Below, in pieces: positions 56,354-64,000 of a stretch of 64,000 nucleotides of DNA (the stretch's first letter is position 1; every line of letters starts with the position of its first letter). Source of the DNA: an uncultured Muribaculaceae bacterium. GTDB lineage: Bacteria > Bacillota_I > Bacilli_A > RF39 > UBA660. The position numbers were made by a program, and so were the translations under genes. The notes beneath the pieces were generated by a model. That model searched no databases. It was given only the letters and a program-made list of their open reading frames with translations, and had not been told where the DNA came from. The DNA is taken from the NCBI GenBank assembly GCA_964425325.1, contig CAYRLX010000004.1, forward strand, positions 4,577 to 68,576, given 5' to 3'.

Positions 56354-57278
56354 TTATTATTGTTCCAGAAATACCTTTAATTGCTTCATAAGCCTTATCT
56401 AAAGAACCAATTATCGCTTTCTTAGAGCCACTTACAAATTCTAAAGAAGCCTCTATTTTTGGAAGCATGCTTCCTTTCGCAAACTCACCATCATCAATAT
56501 ATTTTTTAGCTTCCTCTATAGTAATTTCATCTAAAGCTTTTTGATTTTCCTTATTAAAATTAATATAAACCTTATCTACAGCAGTTAAAATCAAAAGAAT
56601 ATCTGCATCTAGCTCTCTAGCAAGCAAAGAAGCTGTACGGTCTTTATCGATAACCGCATCAACTCCTTCTAAAAGCTTAATCCTATCAGTTTTAATAACA
56701 GGAATACCTCCCCCACCAGCGCATATTACAATATTGTCATTATCAACTAACTGTTTAATAACTCTTTTTTCAATTATATCTTTAGGAATTGGAGAAGGCA
56801 CAACTCTCCTATATCCTCTTCCAGAATCCTCGATAAAAATATAACCTTTTTCTTTAGAAATAGTATCAGCTTCTTCTTTACTATAAAACTTGCCAATAGG
56901 CTTAGTAGGATTTTCAAAAGCACTATCATCTTCATCAACTAAAACTTGAGTTATTAAAGTAGCGCAGTCTCTCTTAATCCCCTCTCTTTCAAGCTCATCT
57001 TGAATACATTGCTGCATCTGATAACCAATATAGCCTTGACTCATACTACCACACTCAGCAAAAGGCATTGATGGAGTCTTAACTTCACCATGAGAAGAAT
57101 AATCCATAGCTAAATATATCTGACCAACTTGAGGTCCATTTCCATGAGTTAAAACTATTTTATTACCATCCTTGACTAATTTTACTATTACTTTAGCTAC
57201 TCCTTCGAGTAACTTAAGCTGTTCATTTTGAGTACTACCTAAAGCATTACCACCTAAAGCAATTACTATTTTACTCAT
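56346..57278 (-). CDS. arcC: carbamate kinase
   Basis: MSKIVIALGGNALG N-terminus, about 310 aa, amino-acid-kinase fold motifs (THGNGPQVG, GGGGIPV). ATG at 57278. Confidence 0.88.
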   Translation of the reverse strand: MSKIVIALGGNALGSTQNEQLKLLEGVAKVIVKLVKDGNKIVLTHGNGPQVGQIYLAMDYSSHGEVKTPSMPFAECGSMSQGYIGYQMQQCIQDELEREGIKRDCATLITQVLVDEDDSAFENPTKPIGKFYSKEEADTISKEKGYIFIEDSGRGYRRVVPSPIPKDIIEKRVIKQLVDNDNIVICAGGGGIPVIKTDRIKLLEGVDAVIDKDRTASLLARELDADILLILTAVDKVYINFNKENQKALDEITIEEAKKYIDDGEFAKGSMLPKIEASLEFVSGSKKAIIGSLDKAYEAIKGISGTIIKK

Positions 57279-57330
57279 TCCTATCACCATACTTTCTACA
57301 AAAATTATAACACATATTTCAAACTAAAAC

Positions 57331-57374
57331 ACTTTACACTTTCGCAAAAAAAGAAAATCTTTGGAGAATATTAC
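57331..57374 (+). repeat. 44-nt conserved motif, copy C
   Basis: ACTTTACACTTTCGCAAAAAAAGAAAATCTTTGGAGAATATTAC, in the divergent arcC/recombinase intergenic region. Confidence 0.8.
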
Positions 57375-57397
57375 TAATAAACAGAATATAATTTACT

Positions 57398-58975
57398 ATG
57401 GAAAAAGAAAAATATATAGCTATTTATAGTAGAAAATCAAAATATACCGGAAAAGGAGAAAGTATAAATAACCAAATAGAAAAATGCAAAAATTATCTCA
57501 AATATAAGAACATAAATAAAAAAACAAAAATATACAAAGATGAAGGATATACAGGCTACAATACAAAAAGACCAGAATTTCAAAGACTTTTAGAAGATAT
57601 AAAAAAAGAAAAAATAGAAATGCTTGTAGTCTATAAACTAGATAGAATAAGCAGAAACGTAACAGACTTTTGTAACCTAAAAGAAAAATTAGAAAAAAAT
57701 AAAATAAACTTTATATCAGTAACAGAACAGTTTGACACATCCACCCCACTAGGAAACGCGATGCTTATGATATCATCAGTATTCGCACAGCTAGAAAGAG
57801 ACACAATAGCTGAAAGAATAAAAGATAATATGTATGATCTTGCTAAAACAGGAAGATGGCTTGGAGGAAATACACCATTAGGATACGAATCAGAAAAAAT
57901 AGAAACTATAGATATAGATGGTAAAAAAAGAAATATGTATAAGTTAAAACAAATTCCAGAAGAAGTAGAAACTATAAAACTACTGTGGAAAAAACTAATA
58001 GAACTAAAAGGAATAAATAAATTAGAAAGCTACCTAATAAAAAATAGCATAAAAACTAGAAGAGGAAACTACTTCTCCAGATTCGCACTTATAAATATAT
58101 TTAAAAATCCAGTATATGTCATCTCAGATGAAAATATAATAAATTTTTTCAAAGAAAAAGGATCGATTATTAATGCGCAAAAAATAAATAATAAAAATGG
58201 ATTAATCGCTTATAGTAAAAGAATAGAAAAAAAAGGAAAAACACAAATAGATAAAGATATTAAAGATTGGATAATATCGGTTGGAAAACATGAAGGAATA
58301 ATTAATAGTAATGACTTCATAAAAACATGGAATTTATTAGAAAAAAACAAAGACAAAAGATTTAGAAAGCCAAGACAAAATGAATCAATACTATCAGGAA
58401 TAATAAAATGTAAAAAATGTGGTAGTTTTATGAGACCAAGACTTAGAAAAACATATAATAATGGAAAAAGAAACTATTCTTATCTTTGTGAATTAAAAGA
58501 AAAAAGCAGAAAATCATTATGCAGTTCTAAAAACATAGATGGAATAAAAACCGATAAAATAATAATAGAGGAAATTTCAAAAATTAAAGTTAAATCTAAT
58601 TTAATCAATAAATATCTAAGAAAAAAAAGAATAAAACAAAATGATAATAACATAGATAAATTATACAAAGAAAACGAAATTAAAATTAAAAACCTTTTAA
58701 AAAAATTAACTATAATAGATAATGAACTGATAGATGATATTCAAAAAGAAATCAAAAAGTTAAGACAAAATAACATAAATATTAAAAAACAAATACTAAA
58801 AGAAAATAAAAAAATAAATAAAAATAAAATAAAAGAAATATCAAAAAATATAATAAAAAATCATATGAAATTATTTCACAATTTAAATCTCATAAATAAA
58901 AAGACACTAATTAGAATAATAATAGAAAAAATAGAAATAGAGGAAAACAATATCTATATAATTTTAAAACCATGA
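57398..58975 (+). CDS. large serine recombinase (integrase)
   Basis: Resolvase catalytic domain (IAIYSRKSK, VVYKLDRISRN), recombinase domain, Cys zinc ribbon (CKKCGS...C), long coiled-coil tail. The TGA stop lies inside attR. Confidence 0.9.
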   Translation: MEKEKYIAIYSRKSKYTGKGESINNQIEKCKNYLKYKNINKKTKIYKDEGYTGYNTKRPEFQRLLEDIKKEKIEMLVVYKLDRISRNVTDFCNLKEKLEKNKINFISVTEQFDTSTPLGNAMLMISSVFAQLERDTIAERIKDNMYDLAKTGRWLGGNTPLGYESEKIETIDIDGKKRNMYKLKQIPEEVETIKLLWKKLIELKGINKLESYLIKNSIKTRRGNYFSRFALINIFKNPVYVISDENIINFFKEKGSIINAQKINNKNGLIAYSKRIEKKGKTQIDKDIKDWIISVGKHEGIINSNDFIKTWNLLEKNKDKRFRKPRQNESILSGIIKCKKCGSFMRPRLRKTYNNGKRNYSYLCELKEKSRKSLCSSKNIDGIKTDKIIIEEISKIKVKSNLINKYLRKKRIKQNDNNIDKLYKENEIKIKNLLKKLTIIDNELIDDIQKEIKKLRQNNINIKKQILKENKKINKNKIKEISKNIIKNHMKLFHNLNLINKKTLIRIIIEKIEIEENNIYIILKP

Positions 58976-58988
58976 TGTTATAGTAGCA
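58973..58988. other. attR of the island
   Basis: TGATGTTA|TAGTAGCA, the exact reverse complement of attL. Confidence 0.75.
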
Positions 58989-59852
58989 GAAGTAACACAT
59001 AGTATATTTTATGCTCCCCAGTATCTAGCCCACTCTAAAGGATACTTCAAAGACGAAGGACTAGATGTAGAAATACTACTAACATCAGGAGCAGATAAAG
59101 TAACATCTGCCATTTTATCAGGAGACGTACAAATAGGATTCTGTGGAAGTGAATCAACAATATACATCTATAATCAAGGACAAAAAGACTATCTTATAAA
59201 CTTTGCTGGTTTAACAAAAAAAGATGGAAGTTTTTTGATTTCAAGAAAAAAAATAAATAATTTTAAACTAGAAGATTTAAAAGGAAAACACGTAATAGCC
59301 GGAAGAGAAGGCGGAATGCCAGCCATGACACTAGAATATGCTATAAATAAAAATGGTATTAAGACTGAAGAATTAAACTTTGACACAAGTATTGATTTTG
59401 CAAGTATTTCAGGTGCGTTTATAGGAGGAACAGGAGATTTTGTATCCCTATTTGAACCAACTGCTTCAGAATTTGTAAAAAAAGGATATGGATATAAAGT
59501 AGCATCAATTGGAAAGCTTGGAGGAGAAGTTCCATACACATCATACATAGCTAAAAAAAGCTACATAAATAATAATACTAAAACAATAAAAGGATTTACA
59601 AAAGCCATTCAAAGAGGACTTGACTATGTAAAAAATCATACAAGTAAAGAAATAGCTAAAGAAATAAAAGAATATTTCCCAGATACAAAAGAAGAAGAAT
59701 TAGAAACTATAGTTCAAAACTATAAAGACATAGATGCGTGGAAAAAAGACACAAAAATCACTAAAAAAGAATTTAATCATATACAAGAAATAGTTAAAAA
59801 TGCTGGTAAGTTAGACAAACAAGCACCTTATTCAAAACTAGTATTAAAATAA
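58981..59852 (+). pseudogene. 3' fragment of the ABC substrate-binding protein gene (NMT1/SsuA-like)
   Basis: Open frame from 58968 encoding ..IVAEVTHSIFYAPQYLAHSKGYFKDEGLDVEILL... to the stop at 59852. No in-frame start codon before TTG at 59235. Followed by the cognate ATPase and permease genes. Confidence 0.8.
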
Positions 59853-60589
59853 TGGAAATATTAAAAATAGAAAATCTAAAGAAAAATTATCACACAAAAA
59901 AACGAGAATATCATGCTGTAGATAATTTTTCATTAAATATTAATAAAGGTGAATTTGTCGCAATAGTAGGTCCAAGTGGCTGTGGAAAAAGCACAATACT
60001 ATCCATACTCTGCGGACTAGAAAATAAATCAGAAGGAAAAATAAAATACAATAAAAACTTAAAATTTGGATATATGCTTCAAGGAGATAACTTATTTGAA
60101 TGGAGAACTATATATAAAAACTGCTTATTGGGACTAGAAATACAAAATAATTTAGAAAAAAAAGAATACGTAGATAAACTACTTAAAACATATGGACTAT
60201 ATGATTTTAAAGATTCATATCCAAATGAATTATCAGGAGGAATGAGACAAAGAGTTGCCTTAATAAGAACACTCGCAACAAAACCAGATATATTACTACT
60301 AGATGAACCATTCTCCGCTCTAGACTATCAGACAAGACTTGCTGTATCAGATGACGTATATAAAATAATGAAAAAAGAAAAAATAACAGTTATTATGGTA
60401 ACTCATGACATATCAGAAGCAGTAAGTATGGCCGATAAAGTAATAGTACTAACTAAAAGTCCCAGTACAATAAAAAGCATTTATGAAATAAAGTTAAATA
60501 ATAAAAAAACACCTATAGAAAATAGAAAAGACAAAAATTTTCCATACTACTATGACAAAATTTGGAAGGATATTGATTATCATGTCTGA
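59852..60589 (+). CDS. ABC transporter ATP-binding protein (NitT/TauT family)
   Basis: Walker A GPSGCGKST, signature LSGGMRQR, Walker B LLLDEP. Confidence 0.9.
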   Translation: MEILKIENLKKNYHTKKREYHAVDNFSLNINKGEFVAIVGPSGCGKSTILSILCGLENKSEGKIKYNKNLKFGYMLQGDNLFEWRTIYKNCLLGLEIQNNLEKKEYVDKLLKTYGLYDFKDSYPNELSGGMRQRVALIRTLATKPDILLLDEPFSALDYQTRLAVSDDVYKIMKKEKITVIMVTHDISEAVSMADKVIVLTKSPSTIKSIYEIKLNNKKTPIENRKDKNFPYYYDKIWKDIDYHV

Positions 60590-61364
60590 AGAACACAAAA
60601 AATACTTAAAAAAAAGAAAAAAAGAAAAAATAAAAATAATATCTTTTCAATTATTAATAGCTTTATCAATAATTACAATATGGCAAATAGCTGCAAACCT
60701 CAATCTAATAAATACATTTATTTCTTCTAGTCCAAAAGAAATAATTAAAACCATTATAAAACTATATAGTGATGGAACACTTTTACATCATATATTCATT
60801 ACTTTTTACGAAGTCATAATTAGTTTCATATTAGGAACATGTATAGGCATATTTATAGCCGCTATTCTTTGGAGATATGAGCTTCTATTCAAAGTTTTAG
60901 ACCCATACCTAACAATGATAGGTAGCATGCCAAAAGTCTCTCTAGGACCCATTATAATCATAATAGCGGGTGCAGGAATAAAATCTATAATTATAATGGC
61001 TCTCTTAATATCAGTAATAGTTACTATAATAGACGTCCACGAAGCTTTCAAAAATACAGACATTAATAAAATAAAACTACTTAAAAGCCTAAAAGCAAAT
61101 AAAAGCCAAATATTTTTTAAATTAATTCTTCCAAGTAATTATAATAATTTAATAAAAATGTTTAAAGTTAACATAGGACTAGTTTTTATTGGAGTAATTA
61201 TGGGAGAATTTCTAGTATCCAAAGCAGGTATAGGTTATTTAATAATGTATGGATCACAAATATTTAACTTAAATCTTGTTATGACAGGAATAATAATATT
61301 AATAATCATGGCAAGCTTAATGTATTATATAATAATTATAATTGAAAAAAAGATAACAAAATAA
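60582..61364 (+). CDS. ABC transporter permease (NitT/TauT family)
   Basis: Six-TM BPD-type permease. ATG at 60582 in an ATGTCTGA overlap with the ATPase stop. Confidence 0.8.
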   Translation: MSEEHKKYLKKRKKEKIKIISFQLLIALSIITIWQIAANLNLINTFISSSPKEIIKTIIKLYSDGTLLHHIFITFYEVIISFILGTCIGIFIAAILWRYELLFKVLDPYLTMIGSMPKVSLGPIIIIIAGAGIKSIIIMALLISVIVTIIDVHEAFKNTDINKIKLLKSLKANKSQIFFKLILPSNYNNLIKMFKVNIGLVFIGVIMGEFLVSKAGIGYLIMYGSQIFNLNLVMTGIIILIIMASLMYYIIIIIEKKITK

Positions 61365-61383
61365 GACTGTATTAAACAGTCTT
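61363..61383. terminator. bidirectional terminator
   Basis: AAGACTGT-ATTAA-ACAGTCTT between the convergent permease and tsaD genes. Confidence 0.55.
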
Positions 61384-62377
61384 ATTTTAATTCCAAATTA
61401 GCCTTCGCATTTAAATCAAGTGAAGCTCTTAAACCTTTCTTATAAGCATAATATCCAGCCGCTCCAATCATCGCACCATTGTCAGTACAATATTTAATTT
61501 CTGGAATAATTAAATTAATATTATTTTTTTCACATTCCAAAGAAAGACTTTCACGAAGACCTTTATTCGCTGCTACCCCACCGGCAACTATTAAATTATT
61601 AACTCTTCTTTCTTTTAAAGCTCTAATAGTTTTTTTAGTTAAAATAGAAACAACTCTATTTTGAAAGGAAGTAGCTAAATTCTCTTTAACAATATCTCTT
61701 CCTCTTTGTTTTTCATTGTGAGCTAAATTAATAACCGCACTTTTAAGTCCACTAAAACTAAAATTATAACTATCATCATCTAAAGGAATTGGTAAATCAT
61801 AAGTATCTTTCCCAGTAAAAGCAAGTTTATCAACTAAAGGCCCCCCAGGATAAGGAAGTTCTAAAACTCTAGCAACTTTATCATAAGCCTCACCTACAGC
61901 ATCATCCAAAGTAGAACCTAGTACCTCAAAAGAATAATCCTCTTTCATGTAAACAAGTTCAGTATGACCACCACTTACAACAAGAGCAATTAAAGGAAAT
62001 TCTAATCTTTTAACCAAATTATTTGCATAAATATGCCCTGCAATATGATGAACAGGTATCAAAGGTTTATTATAGATAAAAGCAAGCGTTTTAGCGCACA
62101 TTAAACCTATTAATAAAGAACCAATAAGTCCAGGCCCAAAAGTAACACCAATCGCATCAATTTCATCCATAGTCATATTTGCTTTTCTTAAAACCTCATC
62201 AAGTACAATAGTAATATTTTCAACATGCATTCTACTTGCAATTTCAGGAACAACACCACCAAAATAAGCATGAGTATCCATTTGAGATAAAACCACAGTT
62301 GCAATCTCATCTGTTCCATTTTTGATAATACTCATACTTGTTTCATCACAACTAGACTCTATTCCAAGTATATACAT
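61382..62377 (-). CDS. tsaD: tRNA N6-adenosine threonylcarbamoyltransferase
   Basis: [16 protein letters not shown] and the ASKHA fold. Confidence 0.93.
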   Translation of the reverse strand: MYILGIESSCDETSMSIIKNGTDEIATVVLSQMDTHAYFGGVVPEIASRMHVENITIVLDEVLRKANMTMDEIDAIGVTFGPGLIGSLLIGLMCAKTLAFIYNKPLIPVHHIAGHIYANNLVKRLEFPLIALVVSGGHTELVYMKEDYSFEVLGSTLDDAVGEAYDKVARVLELPYPGGPLVDKLAFTGKDTYDLPIPLDDDSYNFSFSGLKSAVINLAHNEKQRGRDIVKENLATSFQNRVVSILTKKTIRALKERRVNNLIVAGGVAANKGLRESLSLECEKNNINLIIPEIKYCTDNGAMIGAAGYYAYKKGLRASLDLNAKANLELK

Positions 62378-62378
62378 T

Positions 62379-62765
62379 CTATCTCACCTTCTTAACCATT
62401 AAATATCCATCCATATTTCCATAATATTTTTTTCTTATAGATACCTTTTTAAAACCATTTTTTAAATAAAAATTAATAGCGTCTATATTATCAGATTTAA
62501 CCTCTAAACTAATAGTATCTAAATTATTATTAGTAGTTACATAATCTAGTAACTTTTGAGCAATTCCTCTTCTCCTAAACTTTTTTTCCACAGCAATATA
62601 ATTAATTTCACATCTTTCATAAATAATACTAGCAGAAATAAAACCAAGTATTTCATGATCAAAATAAACAAATATTTTTTCAAAAGGATCAGAAGAAATC
62701 TTATAGTTAGGGAAAAATTTTAAAATAAAATCAAGCACCTTATCAGAACTAACTTCTTTGATCAT
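62379..62765 (-). CDS. rimI: ribosomal-protein-alanine N-acetyltransferase (GNAT)
   Basis: GNAT motif [12 protein letters not shown]. Conserved position between tsaB and tsaD. Confidence 0.75.
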   Translation of the reverse strand: MIKEVSSDKVLDFILKFFPNYKISSDPFEKIFVYFDHEILGFISASIIYERCEINYIAVEKKFRRRGIAQKLLDYVTTNNNLDTISLEVKSDNIDAINFYLKNGFKKVSIRKKYYGNMDGYLMVKKVR

Positions 62766-63357
62766 TAAGCCTCTTCTCTTCTGCCTCTGTCATCTTCAAA
62801 TAATTTGGATTAATACTATGAACATTTATTATAGAATCATCTTCATGTTTTTTTATTATTTTAAGTAAATCAAATTTAGGTTTCAAGACTTCGAAATCAA
62901 AATTATCATAACTAACATATTTCATATTAGAAGATATATCATTCAAAAGAGTGTATTTATCATTATAAACACAATTTAAATCCTTATCATATCCACCAGC
63001 AAAAACATATCCTCTTCTGGCATCAATTAAACCCATAACATTAAAATCAAAACCAGAACACATAAATTCTAAAGAAGAAATTGGAATTACAGGAATATCA
63101 AAAGAATATCCCATAACTTTTGCCACAGTAAGACCTACCCTAATACCAGTAAAAGATCCAGGACCATTTACAACAAATATTTTATCAATTTCCTTTGGAG
63201 TAATACTAGACTTCTTAAATGCTTCATCAATAACAGGCATTATTTTAGAAGAAGTATCTTTATCGTCATTATTATCATATAAATAAATTATTTTACCATC
63301 CATTAAAATAGCAACCACTAAATTAGCAGTCGCCGAATTTATAAATAAATACCTCAA
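62749..63357 (-). CDS. tsaB: tRNA threonylcarbamoyladenosine biosynthesis protein TsaB
   Basis: TTG start. NGPGSFTGIRVG motif. Confidence 0.85.
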   Translation of the reverse strand: MRYLFINSATANLVVAILMDGKIIYLYDNNDDKDTSSKIMPVIDEAFKKSSITPKEIDKIFVVNGPGSFTGIRVGLTVAKVMGYSFDIPVIPISSLEFMCSGFDFNVMGLIDARRGYVFAGGYDKDLNCVYNDKYTLLNDISSNMKYVSYDNFDFEVLKPKFDLLKIIKKHEDDSIINVHSINPNYLKMTEAEEKRLNDQRS

Positions 63358-63803
63358 AATACTGTCTCACATAATTCTTCGTATTCTTTTCCATGAGGAG
63401 TAATAATAAGAATGCGAGAATTTTCTCCAGCTATTTTAAATTTAATATCTAATCTATTAACAGGTAAAATATCTTTTATAGTACTAGCCCATTCAATAAT
63501 AACGACTCCACCTTTATTGAAATAACCTTCAATATCAACACCACTAGTATCTCCATCTAATCTATAAACATCCATATGATATAAAGGAAGTTCTCCATCA
63601 TATTCTTTAATAATATTAAAAGTAGGAGATGTAACATTTTCCTTAACACCCATAGCATTAGCAAAGCCCTTAGTAAATAAAGTCTTACCACTACCAAGTT
63701 CCCCATTTAAACAAATAATCATATTAGGGAATTTTTCTGATTCCAAATTCTGAGCAAACTCAATAGTATCCATTTCACTACGCATCGTAAGTTTATATTC
63801 CAT
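63354..63803 (-). CDS. tsaE: tRNA threonylcarbamoyladenosine biosynthesis ATPase TsaE
   Basis: ATG at 63803 with RBS GGTGAT. Walker A GELGSGKT, then SPTFNI...HMDVYRL. Confidence 0.85.
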   Translation of the reverse strand: MEYKLTMRSEMDTIEFAQNLESEKFPNMIICLNGELGSGKTLFTKGFANAMGVKENVTSPTFNIIKEYDGELPLYHMDVYRLDGDTSGVDIEGYFNKGGVVIIEWASTIKDILPVNRLDIKFKIAGENSRILIITPHGKEYEELCETVF

Positions 63804-63968
63804 ATGTATCACCAAAACAATTATATCAAAAATAAAACACATAATAAAGCATAATTTTCTTTTTTTAAAACTAAGAACTATAATATTAGCTATCAGTTAA
63901 TTTATACTACGAACAGTAACACCTACAAACTGGTAAAATATGGCAAAATAAAAGTAACGGTGATAAAA

Positions 63969-64000
63969 TGAAATTTAATAGAAATGATGAAAATTACGTA
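63969..64000 (+). CDS. 5' end of an unidentified gene
   Basis: GGTGATAAA then ATG AAATTTAATAGAAATGATGAAAATTAC running off the window. Confidence 0.25.

Larger units (their letters stand above)
34284..58988. mobile_element. 24.7-kb integrative island (large serine recombinase type); excisable segment 34292-58980
   Basis: Split SBP gene at both borders. attL and attR recombine to an in-frame gene and to palindromic attB and attP. A large serine recombinase sits at the right end. No phage or conjugation genes. Confidence 0.75.

Noticed and set aside
34292-58980. Prophage or ICE interpretation of the island
   Set aside because: No terminase, portal, capsid, tail or holin genes, and no relaxase, coupling protein, T4SS or replication genes were recognised. 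The cargo is a single surface-structure operon plus TA, arcC and the recombinase.
34284-58988. The 16-nt inverted repeats as ends of an invertible 24.7-kb segment (DNA invertase switch)
   Set aside because: Inversion would regenerate the same junction sequences and would not restore the split binding-protein gene or create any new fusion. The inverted identity follows automatically if attB and attP are palindromes. Occasional inversion due to the palindromic central dinucleotide cannot be excluded.

Overview
Very AT-rich chromosomal segment of a low-GC Bacillota-type organism (Erysipelotrichia/Mollicutes-like). The genetic code is standard: TGA ends several well-conserved genes. No rRNA, tRNA or CRISPR array was seen.

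Backbone, about 34 kb on the left and mostly minus strand:
- trpS (partial), a short alaS, a dNMP-kinase-like gene, an AI-2E transporter, frr
- an unusual sigma-70 factor
- hrcA-grpE-dnaK-pepF-dnaJ with CIRCE operators
- rtcB, a telA/xpaC/vWA stress cluster, ligA, pcrA, an M23 peptidase
- on the right, an ABC importer and tsaE-tsaB-rimI-tsaD

Main result: a 24.7-kb integrative island (excisable segment 34292-58980) splits the substrate-binding-protein gene of that ABC importer.
- attL (34284-34299) and attR (58973-58988) are exact reverse complements.
- Recombining them at their centre restores the gene in frame. The reconstructed attB (TGCTACTATAGTAGCA) and attP (TGATGTTATAACATCA) are both perfect 16-bp palindromes.
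- The only recombination gene inside is a 525-aa large serine recombinase at the right end.

Island cargo: an operon of about 20 kb and 17-18 genes that looks like an undescribed extracellular filament or adhesin system. It contains:
- two catalytic and two catalytically dead SipW-type signal peptidases
- about eight secreted proteins with TasA/camelysin-like SipW-type signal anchors
- a 2325-aa beta-solenoid giant
- a membrane-anchored McrB-like AAA+ protein with a nuclease-less McrC-like partner
- several cytoplasmic proteins I cannot assign

Two homologous type I toxin-antitoxin-like modules are present, each a 30-aa hydrophobic peptide with a convergent structured sRNA. One is on the backbone and one is in the island. 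A 44-nt motif also occurs three times in direct orientation.

All functional calls come from motif recognition by eye. No database search was possible.
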